Part shown: one piece after another, positions 11,223 to 21,960 of the stretch
Layout of the letters: each line of letters opens with the position of its first letter
How positions within the stretch are numbered: position 1 is the first letter of the stretch
Assembly: GCA_977017575.1 (NCBI GenBank)
Contig: CDRNVI010000034.1
Location: forward strand, 124,001-188,000
Length of the DNA: 64,000 nucleotides
From: Paramoeba atlantica
Lineage: Eukaryota > Protista > Discosea
Reading direction: 5' to 3'
Notes under the pieces: model-generated
Seen by the model: only the letters and a program-made list of their open reading frames with translations
What the model was told of the DNA's origin: nothing
Database searches by the model: none
Made by a program: the position numbers and the translations under genes

Positions 11223-12173
11223 TTGAGTTTTAATTATTAGCGAAGCTCTGCAACTTTTAATTAAAAAATCAATAATTTTTGTGCCAATATTTTCGTAGAA
11301 ATTTGTACATATCGACAAACAATAGAAGTTGTTAGTAGAGGGGCGGAAAACCCAAAAATTAGGTCAAAAGCGTTTTTTTGCTCCCAAAAAGATTCAAGAA
11401 TTTTTACAGGGAAGAAAGTTGCTTATCACAAAAAAAAATTATTATCCTTCGGAAGTACAAGTGTCCCTAGGTATAATCCGGACGGTGGTTTGCATCTCTC
11501 TAATCTTGTCAAATGCGTTGCGAAGGGCAGGTTATTAAGTGGTCATTAAATGATGGGATGCGGGTGTGATCTCGCATGATCTCAGACCGGGTGTTGACAT
11601 AAAGCCAATCTCGATCCTCCTGCGTCAAATCCTCTCATAAAATTTGAATTTTTGTGTAAAATCTATAGCACTCTTCTCTAAAACGTGGTTGCCAAGATCA
11701 GACCTCATGAGAAATTCAAAAATTGACCAAAAAGATAAAAAAAATGTTTCTCGCCAAAAATTGACAACTTTTAATTAAAAAAACAATAATTTTTGTGCCA
11801 TGAATTTTAGCGATAATAATTTTTGGCTTGGGTGCAATTACTATAAGCGTTTTTCAAAAACTATAAAAAACTATTTTTCTCCGTATCTCAAGGCGCTTTT
11901 AAGCCCTTCGACGCGCCTTATTTTCATGCAAATGCGTTTTAATCCCCTTTTTCTTCATTTTAAAACCGAAACAGATGCCCGAAACGAAACTGACGAGGAG
12001 AATTTTCTGTAAAGACTATTTTAATGAAGTACCGCGCACGGGAGGACAGAAACCATTGGTTGAATGCAACCTGTGTGAGGAGGGAAGTAAGAAGCGGGTT
12101 TTGGTTCCAAGAAGACTATCGACAGATTATCATTCCGCAGAGAAGCACTTAGTGAAACACAACAAAAAATATG

Positions 12174-12926
12174 GGGTACGAGGACACTTCCGTGGGTACT
12201 CATCGAAACGCCCACGTGTCAAAACGAAAATCATCGAAACGAAAGAAACTCATCGAAGGTGATTTTAATTACGTTTAGCATAGACAAACAAATTCACAAT
12301 CCTGCGGAAGTGGCAGACATAGGTTCTCAGTGTGCGACCCGCGCGCTGGAGCGCGCGGGTCGGCAAAAAATATAATTATGTCCCAGGGCTACGCTCACAG
12401 TTGGGCCTCGCTCGCAAACGGGAGCTTTTGCCTCCAGAAGTGGGCTTCGCTCACAGTTGGGCCTTGCCTCCAGACACGTAAACTAGGTGTCGCAGTATAG
12501 GAAAACAACTTTACAATCCTGCGGAAGTGGCAGACATAGGTTCTCAGTGCGCGACCCGCGCGCTGGAGCGCGCAGGTCGCCAAAAGATATAATTATGTCC
12601 CAGGGCTACGCTCACAGTTGGGCCTTGCTCGCAAACGGGAGCTTTTGCTTCCAGAAGTGGGCTACGCTCTCAGTTGGGCCTTGCTCGCAGACGGGGGCCT
12701 TGCTCGCATACTTGGGCTTCGCTCATAGTCGAGCCTTTCCTCCAGACACGTAAACTAGGTGTCGCTGCCTTCTTATTTTCAGGATCTCGACTTTCTCTTC
12801 CCAAAGTAATTAAAATCACCTTCGATGAGAAGATTGACGTTTCGATGAGTCACACTGTGACACGTAGGCACTTCAATGAGAAATCATCGAAGTGTTGCAA
12901 AAACTCACGGAAGTGCCCGAGGGGCC
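12174..12926. mobile_element. TIR element with 8-bp TSD and internal tandem array
   Basis: TSD AAAATATG at 12166-12173 and 12927-12934; ~100-bp imperfect inverted ends with CATCGAA repeats; internal ~217-bp direct repeat (12296 and 12513). Confidence 0.8.
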
Positions 12927-13840
12927 AAAATATGATACCTGGTGTGCTGAACAAAACGAAAAGCGTCGACGTGCAAATCCGACGTTAAACATCTCGTCAC
13001 AAGCGTCCGAACCTCAGGACCATAAGGATATTGCGGTGGTTGTACAACTACCGCTCTACCCTCGATTATTGAAAAAAAGTGAGCAAAAACAGTGAAAATA
13101 TAAGAGGAACACAGTAATATTCCGGTGAAACGGTTATTAAGGATAAAAGTAATTAAGGCAGAACGGATTTAAAAATTAATTGCGGTGGTTGTAAAACTAC
13201 CGCTCTACACTCGATTATTGAAAAAAAAGTGAACAAAAACAGTGAAAATATAAAGGGGAACACAGTAATATAATAGAAGAAAAAAATATAAAAGGGGGCT
13301 CCGGTGGACCAAAACTGAAAAAAAACTTGAAAAAAATGGGGGGTCCATGGGGGGGTCCAGGGGGGGGGTCCAAGGGGGGGGGTCCAGGGGGGGGTCATGG
13401 TCGAGCAAATTTTTTCGAAAAAATTAGTTTTCGAAAGAAAACCGCAGAAAGGGTAGCCGGGGTCTTGGCGCGCATTTTCCACCCCCCTACCCGGGGGTGA
13501 CCCCCCCGCGTATCCGCAGGACGGGTCCGCCAAGTTCGGATTTTTTCGGAAAAAAAATTTTGAGAAAAAATTCAACTTGGCGAAAAAAATGACAAAAACA
13601 ATATTTTTCCAAAATCGTTTCCCCTATTGTATTTTGATAGTTTGGGACCTACACTAGCTTTCTCCGCAGTTGTTTTCGCAAGGTATCACTTCTTCGAACC
13701 GTGGTGCGCCCCTCAAAATGACCCATTTTTGACTAAAAAAGGTGAAAAAGTATTTTTCGGACCTAAAGGGGCATTGTTGTGTCGAAAGAATGGTATGGTT
13801 GGAATTGCATTCTCTACCCAATACGTTCGGTAGGCTTCCA

Positions 13841-14018
13841 TGGAATACGGGTTTTAGCTTTTCTGGTTTTAGTATCCCGGGTTTTTGATAACCGGCTCTG
13901 GGGCTTCGTGTTCTTGGGTTCTTTGTATTAAGATCACTACGCTCCCAATATTTTAGGCGCATAGAATATTATATTATTTTTGGGATAGTTTCTCTTCTCA
14001 TAAAAAAAAAAAAAAAAA
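13841..14018 (+). mobile_element. 5'-truncated poly(A)-tailed retroposed fragment
   Basis: A17 tail at 14002-14018; TSD CTTCCA at 13835-13840 and 14019-14024; absent from the other copies of the host element. Confidence 0.8.
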
Positions 14019-14159
14019 CTTCCACTCATGCCTGCGAGTGATTTCCCACGCGCAAATGTCGGATTTCGTGCTCTGAGAGCAAAAATATGCGAAAATGACC
14101 CCATTTTTACCCGAAATTCGGCTATTTTTGGCTACAATCTTTCCGTTTTCCAGGCTAAA

Positions 14160-14612
14160 TTTAGTATAATATGAAGCTGGAACGGATAACAGCTCGGGAG
14201 AGCGTCGCCCGACATTTAGCCCCCAAATCCTTGCCCCCTCCAAACAACCGATTAATATCCGCTGAGGATATCAGACCACCTCGTGCTCCAATTTCGAATA
14301 CGAGGAGGTACGTGTTCGGGTGCACTATTCGTCGTTCGTGTAATAGAGCGTTGTACTTGAGTTCTCTTACCAGGGGACAGTGAGCTCAACGATGTATTCT
14401 GTACCGTCAGTCAGTGCAACGAATCCGTCTGGACGTTGATGATTCGGATTGTTGTGTAGCCAATGTGGTGGATTTCGGTGACCTAGTAGGTCAAAATGCT
14501 GATATTTTGTATGCGGGGATTCTTGGATGTGTTTGGCGAGTTCAGTTAGCGCGGTGTCGTGTCTGAGGGTATAACGCCCCTGATCAAGAGATGTTTTACA
14601 GCCTGAAATTAT
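14160..14612 (-). pseudogene. RLE endonuclease fragment of a HERO/NeSL-like retrotransposon
   Basis: SGCKTSLDQGRYTLRHD, RPDG..IVELTVPW, LLVFEIGARG; homologous to but diverged from the C-terminus of ORF 49433-53929. Confidence 0.85.
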
Positions 14613-15180
14613 TAGGCTCTTCGTTAAACGCATTGGTAGTTTTCAACGCGAAGCGCGCAGCATGAGTGACTTCTAAGTTGAAAACAACCACCGCGTTTAA
14701 CGAAGAGCCTAAAAAAGAAAATTATTGCCTTAATTAATGTTGCCTTAATTAAAGTGGCGCTGATAAAAGCCGAAAACAGTTCTTATTTAAATATTCTTGT
14801 TTGTAGCATAAATATCACATTTCTGCTAAAAGTGTTCAATTTCTGATCATTTTTCATGTATTTCGAAATTTTCTGGACGAGCTTTACGGTCTTCAACCAG
14901 TTCAACGTGCGAGAGAAAAGCTAAAACGATTATTGAAAGGAGAAGTCTGAGACGGAATCATGAAGTTAATTTTTCCCAATTTTTCACCCAAAATGACAAA
15001 AAATTAATTATTGCCTTAATTAAAGCTGCCTTAAATTTAATTACCCTTAATTGAAGTTTCTACGGTAATAAAAGAAAAAAAAATATAAAAGGGGGCTCCG
15101 GTGGTCCAAACTTGGAAAAAAAATTGAAAAAAATGGAGGGTTTAGGGGGGGGGTCCATAGGGGGGGTCTAGGTGGGGGAT

Positions 15181-15537
15181 CTAGGGGGGGGCATACCGCA
15201 CAAATTTCTTTTTGAAAAAATTATTTTTCAAAATCTTCTTGGCGCGCATTTTCCACCCCCCTACCCTAACATAGGCAATACAAGTATGCATGACCCTCTC
15301 CTCGTCCATGCTTTCGCACCTAATTTGATCCACTACAGAGGTTGGAAGTCCTTCATCTTCTTGTGGAGTCAAGCACAGTGGGCAGTACTGTGCACCAAGA
15401 GGCACAACTACTTGCTTACAGGTTACGCAAGGTTCTGTGTCGCTCGCACAAACAAGACAACGCTTTGGTGCAACAAGTGAGACGTTGCGCAAAACCTTAC
15501 ATCTCGGGCACATTTCCTTAGTGGCAGGCTCGGGCAT
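15181..15537 (-). other. Double zinc-ribbon-like coding fragment carried inside a hairpin element
   Basis: CPRC, CLVC, CVTC, CPLC pairs; runs on into element body sequence; expression unknown. Confidence 0.5.
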
Positions 15538-17809
15538 CGTGCTAAAAAGTGCGTTTAAAGACTTCTTAAATAGTACTGCTTTAAGAAATATAAATATTGA
15601 TTGAAGTATGATTGAGGAAATTTGTAAAACAACTGATTTAAATCCATGAACAAAAGCATAAATTTAAATAGTGGCAGACGGTGGCAGATGGTGGCAGACA
15701 AAACCATACACTTCTGCAGTACATCCATGGATGTTTTTTTTAAATCGCTTCTTTTTTGAAATTTTTAAAATCGCTTCATCGATTGTATTTTGATAGTTTG
15801 GGACCTACACTACCTTTCTACGCCATTGCTTTCGACAGATATCCCTTCTTTAAGTCGTGGTATGCCCGCGTAAATGACCCTTTTTTGACTAAAAAAGGTG
15901 AAAAAATATTTTTCGGACCTAAAGGGGTCTTTTTGTATCGAAAGAATGGTGTGGTTGGAGTCGCATTCTCTACCCAATACGTTTGTCAGGCTTTCATTCA
16001 TGCATACGAGTGATTTCCCACGTGCGAAAGTCGAATTTAGTGCTCTGAGAGCAAAAATACCGAAAAATGACCCCATTTTTACCCGAAAATCGGCTAGTTT
16101 TGATAATAATCTTTCCGTTTTCTTCAGCTTTCCACGCCAAATTTTCTTTTTTAGGTTCTTCGTTAAACGCGGTGGTAGTTTTCAACGCGAAGTGCGCAGC
16201 ACTAGTGACTTCTAAGTTGAAAACAACCACCGCGTTTAACGAAGAGCCTAAATATTAGTTTGGAAAGCAGAGTTCGGAATTTCAACCGCAGCTCTCGAAC
16301 ATCCGTTGTTTCTTAACAGAAGTGTACGAGGTATGTGTCCCACTCCACCTCGAAGGGAAAAATTAAACGAACTGACCATTGAGTATGCAAAGCAAACTAG
16401 AGTAAAGATGTGCGTTGACCATAGTTTAAAAATTTCGGATGTGAGTTTATGTTTAGACACAGCCACTTTTCACCATATTACGACCTGCGCCGTTACAATG
16501 ATCAACAATGGTGTTTCTATGTATTGGACCGTCAGACACATGCCCGCAAGTGATGCATCCGCCTTTCAACTTCTATTAAAAGAGGTTGTAGAGGAGCTTT
16601 ACGCCGATCGAATTTTTGTGGCGCACGAGGCTTCAGACGCAGGAGCTGGAATCAAAAAGGGTTTGATAATAACCGCTGAAGAGAGTGGAATAGCTTACAC
16701 TGTTTGCATGGTCCAATCGCTTGAACTTTGCTTGGGGCACATAATGCGGATGGAAAATACTGATGAGATTTTAGGCCTCGGAAAAAATTACGAAAAGTGG
16801 CGGGAACCTTGTCCGACACGTTGGTGGTCGACCTTTGACTCGGTCGAACATGCTCTGGGTGATTCTGATTGGGAAGCGTTTACGACAAAAGCTCGAATGT
16901 TTTCGTGGCTTGAGTCGCCTCTCATTTATCCCATTGTTGGCAGATTCATGGAAAGAAACGAATGTACGCTCCCCAAGGCAATGCGAATTTGGATGCAGCT
17001 GATAAATGACGTATCTCAGCCACATGGGATGGTCTTAGCAGATCGCCTTGTGCGAATTTTGCGACACGAACATCTTTTTGCTGCATCACTATCTCCATGC
17101 ATTGACTGGAACGGACGGTCTTGCATTGTAGGACTCGGCCAGTGTGCTCGCAATTGGCGATAAAGTTGTCAAAACCCCCCAATAAAGAAGCGTCCGAGCC
17201 GGGAGTGCGTCAAGATTTGAATCTGTGGTTTAGTGGACGTGTGCAGGAGTTTTTTAACATGAACGAAGGTTTCTCTATTGAAAAAGAAAGTGAAATGTTT
17301 AAGTTTTGGTCGGACTTATCATTTAAAGGCAAATTTTACATTTGTCTAGGGCGGCACAGAAACTGACTTCGTTTGTTGCTTCTGAGGCAAGTTGTGAGAG
17401 ATTGCTAGTTCCGTGGGATTTATAAAACCCGCGTCATGAAAAGTGAACTCCACTTTTTTTCGTACAAATGTCCGTTTGAGCTGATTTTTGTGGCATTTTG
17501 CACATCTCACCATAGGAACTTTGCGCGCTTATTAGCGGGCCGCAACAGAGAACACCGACTATTTATAATTTACATTTACAATTTTTTCACTTTTCCGCCT
17601 TTCAATCTTATACACTTCTTAAAGGCGTGAGTCAAAACTTAAAACCGTATTGTCGATCACATTTCGAGATAAACAAGACCACGCTTTGCGTACATATCGG
17701 ATGAGTGAAGGCTTATCCGAAGGAATCTGTTCGTCCACTGCCCCTTATACCATAGACCAGACGACCCTTAGTCCATAGACCAGACGCAAGTATAATTTAA
17801 AATATACAA

Positions 17810-19450
17810 TGTATTGTATGAAATAGATTTTCGCAATTTCCAATTGGATTCGTGTAGTGCAGGATGACGTACATCAATGAAGCACATTATATCTCTATGC
17901 ACATACACCTAGAAACATGCACATTCGCATGTACCTAGAAAGAAATACGAGTCTCATTTCCGAAAACACCGAATGCAGTAAAGTCTAACGGGAAGAATTT
18001 CATTCCGCGTGTTGCTGCGAGACTATCTTAGACCTTGTGCTTCGTGGCCTCTTCCCGGAAAAGGGTATTTCCAGGCGCTTTATTCTCCATCTCTACGTAA
18101 GAAGGAGCTAGTGGGTTGATTACATCCACCGTAACAAGCTGATGTCACATTTGGAATAATAGATCCGGGCCTTTTCCTTCTTCAAAGTGAAGCTCCATAA
18201 CGTCGGGGTTAAAACCATACTGTCGCAAAATTTTTGCAAAGCATGATTTTACTAGGGCGTGTCTCGATGCTCCCGTCTTGCCACTCACTCGATTGCTATC
18301 GAGAGCGTGTACTGGAAAGTGGTCATTGGGATGCAGTTCCCCGCATACACATAATAGGCTCTTCGTTAAACGCGGTGGTTGTTTTCAACTTCGAAGTCCC
18401 TCATGCTGCGCGCTTCGCGTTGAAAACTACCACCGCGTTTAACGAAGAGCCTAAAAAAGAAAATTCGGCCTGGAAAGCTGAAGAAAACACAAGGATTCTA
18501 GCGAAAATTAGCCGATTTTCGGGCAAAAATGGGGTGATTTTTGCGTATTTTTGCTCTCAGAGCACTAAATCCGATATTTGCGTGTGAGAAATCACTCGTA
18601 GGCGTGAATGAAAGCCTACTGAACGTATTGGGTAGAGAATGCGACTCCAACCACATCATTCTTTTGACATAAAAAGACCCCTTTAGGTCCGAAAATTACT
18701 TTTCCGCACTTTTTGGTCAAAAATAGGCCATTTTGGGAGGCGTGCAACGGCTAGAAGAAGGGGTATCTGGCGAAAACGACAGTGTAGAAGGCTAATGTAG
18801 GTCCCAAACTATCAAAATACAATAGGGAAAAAAATGTTGAAAAAATATTTTTTTTACGATTTTTTTCGCCCAGTTGAATTTTTTTTCAATTTTTTTTCGA
18901 AAAAATCCGAACTTGGCGGACCCGTCCTGCGGATACGCGGGGGCGTCACCCCCGGGTAGGGGGGTGGGAAATGCGCGCCAAGACCCCGGCTACCCTTTCT
19001 GCGTTTTTTTTTCGAAAACTGATTTTTTCGAAAAAATTTGCTCGACCATGACCCCCCCCCCTGGACCCCCCTAGACCCCCCCCCCTGGACCCCCCCTAGA
19101 CCCCCCATTTTTTTCAATTTTTTTTTTCAGTTTTGGTCCACCCGGGCCCCCTATTTGATTTTTTTCTTCTATTATATTACTGTGTTCCTCTTTATATTTT
19201 CATTGTTCAATAATCGAGGGTAGAGCGGTAGTTATACAACCACCGCAATGTGTATGCATACAATTGTGACATTGTATGCTTGGGGATGACTTTGGGCTTA
19301 GCAGATAACGCACGCGGAGGGCAGCCTGTCACTCTGAGTCGCGTAGGTAAAATTCGGGGCGATTGGGGACCGCTTACATCCAATACTTCGAATATTTGTT
19401 GGAGAGCTGTGCGAAGAGTGCCTTGTGCTTGTGGCTTAGGGATGTTTGAG
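17810..19450 (-). pseudogene. CRE-clade retrotransposon C-terminal fragment interrupted by a hairpin element (18355-19248)
   Basis: Minus strand reads CVCG..HALD..SRHALVKSCFAKIL..GPDLL..VDVINP..ATKHK..GMKFFPL; joins in frame across the insertion (MSQLYAYT|LCVCG); internal stops. Confidence 0.7.
18355..19248 (+). mobile_element. Asymmetric-hairpin element, cargo-free copy (894 bp)
   Basis: ~100-bp terminal palindrome at left; GCGGTAGTTATACAACCACCGC hairpin plus AA at right; A|T site with no TSD. Confidence 0.88.
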
Positions 19451-19489
19451 ATTCGAATTAATTTGAAAACTGTACTCTTCCGTCTAATT

Positions 19490-19748
19490 GAGACGCAAAG
19501 TGAGGAAATATTTTTCCAAAATCGACTCCTAAACCGTATTTTGAGTTGGGACCTCAGTTACCATTCTACTACCATTCTACATTTTTTCGATCAAGCGTGC
19601 CTCATACCCTACCTGGTGAGGTACCAAAAGAGGTCCAAATTTGGGGGATCGTTAAACGCGGTGGTAGTTTTCAGCGCGAAGCGAACGTCATGAGTGAGTT
19701 CTACGTTGAAAACAACCACCACGTTTAACGAAGATCCTAAAAAAGAAA
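19490..19748 (-). mobile_element. Internally deleted asymmetric-hairpin element
   Basis: Degenerate body (matches ~13600-13660) fused to the terminal palindrome. Confidence 0.65.
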
Positions 19749-19804
19749 TTGAGCCACCTTGTATAAATACTTAATCAACTGATTACAATTTTTGTATTCG
19801 AAGT

Positions 19805-20563
19805 CTATATATTAGATTCGTCTAGAAACTTCGGAAAATCAGTTCTCTTTATCCTCCCTTCAAGCTCTGCATTATCAGACAGTGTTAATTCCTTTAATTT
19901 AGAAGGTAGACAATCTAAGTGTAACAAACCTTCAAAGCTATTTTTATGGAGCGCCAAGGTTGTTAGGGTGGATGGGAGGCAACACAGATTGGGGGTCCCG
20001 GTAAAAGCATTGCATCCTAGTGCAAGAATCCGAAGTGTGGGAGGCAGGTGGCTTAACTCAATGTTCCCCGAGAGTCTATTGTCCGATAGATACAGCTGTA
20101 TCAAGCTTTTGGGTAGACGTGTAAGGTCTATTGACCCGGTGAAAAGGTTGTTGGCAAAATGACCCGTCATAGTTGCAGGCGGCAACTCATCAAGATGCAA
20201 CTCCCCGGTTAGCTGATTGAGAAAAATGATTATCTCAAGAACGGAGTCAGGGAGATGCTTCATGCTGAAGAACCCGTTCAGAGACTTATGACCCCAAAAA
20301 AGCTTTGATACTTTATTTCGCTGATCACATACCACCTGCTTCCACTCACATGCAGGTGTGTTGGTATTCCAAGAGGGATGGGTATTTCCTATATCCTTGA
20401 TAAATTTTGCAAGCTCGTATTCTTGCGGGACGTTGGCACCACGAATCCGACCAGCACGTGCTATAGACGTCGAAGGAATATCCTCATCTATGCACAAAAT
20501 ATGTGAAAAGAACGCGTAAGTCATAATAAAATCTAAAGCATGAAACAACGAAAGATTAGACAA
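19805..20563 (-). CDS. Short LRR protein
   Basis: RAGRIRGANVPQEYEL, TPACEWKQVVC cap, about 6 LRRs. Confidence 0.92.
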   Translation of the reverse strand: MSNLSLFHALDFIMTYAFFSHILCIDEDIPSTSIARAGRIRGANVPQEYELAKFIKDIGNTHPSWNTNTPACEWKQVVCDQRNKVSKLFWGHKSLNGFFSMKHLPDSVLEIIIFLNQLTGELHLDELPPATMTGHFANNLFTGSIDLTRLPKSLIQLYLSDNRLSGNIELSHLPPTLRILALGCNAFTGTPNLCCLPSTLTTLALHKNSFEGLLHLDCLPSKLKELTLSDNAELEGRIKRTDFPKFLDESNI

Positions 20564-20607
20564 TAGGAATCAGTGATCAAATACAAAGGGAATATTACAA
20601 AAGTGTT

Positions 20608-20780
20608 TTAGATCCCCCCTTAAGCGCACCCAGTCAGACCTCCGTTTAAGCGCACATACAACAAACATGTATAGTTGAGCTGCAGACTCCAAGCGTTTTT
20701 TATGTTGTGATTCAGACGCCTCCGTTTAAGCGCACTTTTCACGAGAAACGAGGTGCACTTAAACGGAGGGGGGGACAGTA
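20608..20780. repeat. MITE-like element with CTCCGTTTAAGCGCAC subrepeats
   Basis: Motif repeated at ~20640 and ~20720 and inverted at ~20755-20770; right end GGGGGGGACAGTA. Confidence 0.5.
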
Positions 20781-20837
20781 CTAGAAAAGAAGGTCAGTGT
20801 AGAACATCTCTTCGTCCTGTTTTTGTCCTTACTGTGT

Positions 20838-20945
20838 TACAGGGTGGAAAATCGTATGTCGACAAAGTCGTGTTAATTTCTGGGATTAGCATGACTTTTG
20901 TTGACGCAACGTACTTTTGTTGACACATAACTTTCCCTCCCCGTA
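20838..20945. mobile_element. Mini-MITE TACAGGG...CCCCGTA (second copy at 43870-44001)
   Basis: Shared TGT.GACAAA..TG.GTT.ATTTCTGGGATTA.CA.GACTTTTGTTGAC core and TA-flanked ends. Confidence 0.7.
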
Positions 20946-21438
20946 CTCCGTTCTTGAATGTTTCTTCACTTGTTTTTCAGTAATCCAAGGCAGGGTGGCT
21001 GTTATGACGTTACGTTAGAACCTCCGCAATGTCGCTTAATGGACACTATGCAATCTTAGTTAGCGTCAGTTCGTGTCAGTCAGAACGCGATCGGAACTAT
21101 GCGTACGTTTTCGTGGCATGCCGGAGCAAGTTCGCGCGTATCAAGACTGGCAAGGTCAGGGTGCCCAGTTGACATCGGATGATAGGACTTAGCGATACCA
21201 GCCTCCCGAGCTAGGCCCAGCGATAGGAAATGGGGGGCCGCGGGTAGAAGTTCGCAAAATTTCGGGGAAAATACACCTATTTCTGTTGCATAGCGAGGCG
21301 GAAAGGTAAAAAAGTAGAGGAAAAATATTTATCTCTGCAAAATATGGATAACTTTACAGAAAATTGCAAGTTTCAAAAACAGTTTCTTTGTCAACACTGA
21401 AAAAAAGGATTAAAGGGCGGGAAACGTATTCTTAGGTG

Positions 21439-21870
21439 CTACGTAGCTCTACGGGGGCTCTCAAATGCGATGTTACCACTCCCTGTATGATAAAGGAAAA
21501 AATATAAAAGTAAGCTCCGATGGTCCAAAAAACTACATTTTTTTTTCAAAAATCCATTCCAAAAATTTCTGTCAGTGCCAGTCAGAGCCAACTGAAATAG
21601 AAGTAAGGAAAGATCGATACCACCTGAAAGCACGTTCCTGGAAAGCCTTAGTTCTCTCATACTTGCTGGAAGAGGAGAAAAGTCGACACTCCCCTCAAGC
21701 ATGTTGCCTTTTAAATATAGATCACGCATTCCATGAGATAGAAGGTTTAATTCTAACCCACCGGTAAATCTGTTGCTCAATAGAAACAGATCTCCAATCT
21801 TCTGCGGCAACGTAGTGAGTAAAACCCATCCTGAAAAGCATTTTACTTCTATTTGAAACCGATCCTGATA
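21439..21870 (-). pseudogene. Degenerate LRR gene lacking the N-terminal cap
   Basis: LLSNRFTGGLEL, LYLKGNMLEGSVDF, LRLSRNVLSGGIDL, then decays. Confidence 0.75.
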
Positions 21871-21960
21871 GCCTCTTTCACGTCCATTCGCCATACGTAG
21901 TGGGCAAAAACAAAGGCCACCTCCTAAACCACATTATCGACCCTATTACCCGGTACTGTC

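Larger units (their letters stand above)
13180..14721 (-). mobile_element. Asymmetric-hairpin element, inner copy
   Basis: Full body homologous to 18355-19248 and 46494-47366; A|T insertion site; contains a poly(A) insert and an RLE fragment. Confidence 0.8.
13118..15070. mobile_element. MITE with AATTAAGGCA subterminal repeats nested in the outer hairpin element
   Basis: Ends TATTCCGGTGAAAC / GTTTCTACGGTAATA; outer element body stops at CAGTAATA (13119) and resumes at 15071. Confidence 0.65.
13031..16252 (-). mobile_element. Asymmetric-hairpin element, outer copy, with nested insertions and zinc-ribbon cargo
   Basis: Ends TTGCGGTGGTTG at 13031 and GAAGAGCCTAAA at 16252; sits between A13030 and T16253; removal restores the hAT frame. 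Confidence 0.8.
11975..17440 (+). pseudogene. hAT transposase split by nested insertions (pieces 11975-12173, 12935-13030, 16253-17440)
   Basis: BED-finger-like DYF..VECNLC..KHLVKH; core motifs CLDTAT, SDAGA, CMVQSL (CxxH with H to Q), TRWWS; dimerisation-like ASEASCER; both junctions rejoin in frame; frameshifts near 17160 and 17400. Confidence 0.8.

Noticed and set aside
17200-17360. ACAGAAACTG (reverse complement CAGTTTCTGT) at ~17356 as another SL relic
   Set aside because: Only a 10-nt match, inside hAT coding sequence; expected by chance.
19250-19450. Plus-strand frame containing TLSRVGKIRG, resembling the LRR family N-terminal motif
   Set aside because: No cap or LRRs follow; the opposite strand joins in frame with the CRE-like endonuclease fragment across the insertion, so the match is probably chance.
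21100-21260. GC-rich intergenic stretch as a possible HDV-like ribozyme or ncRNA
   Set aside because: I could not build a convincing nested double pseudoknot by eye, and there is no second copy in the window.
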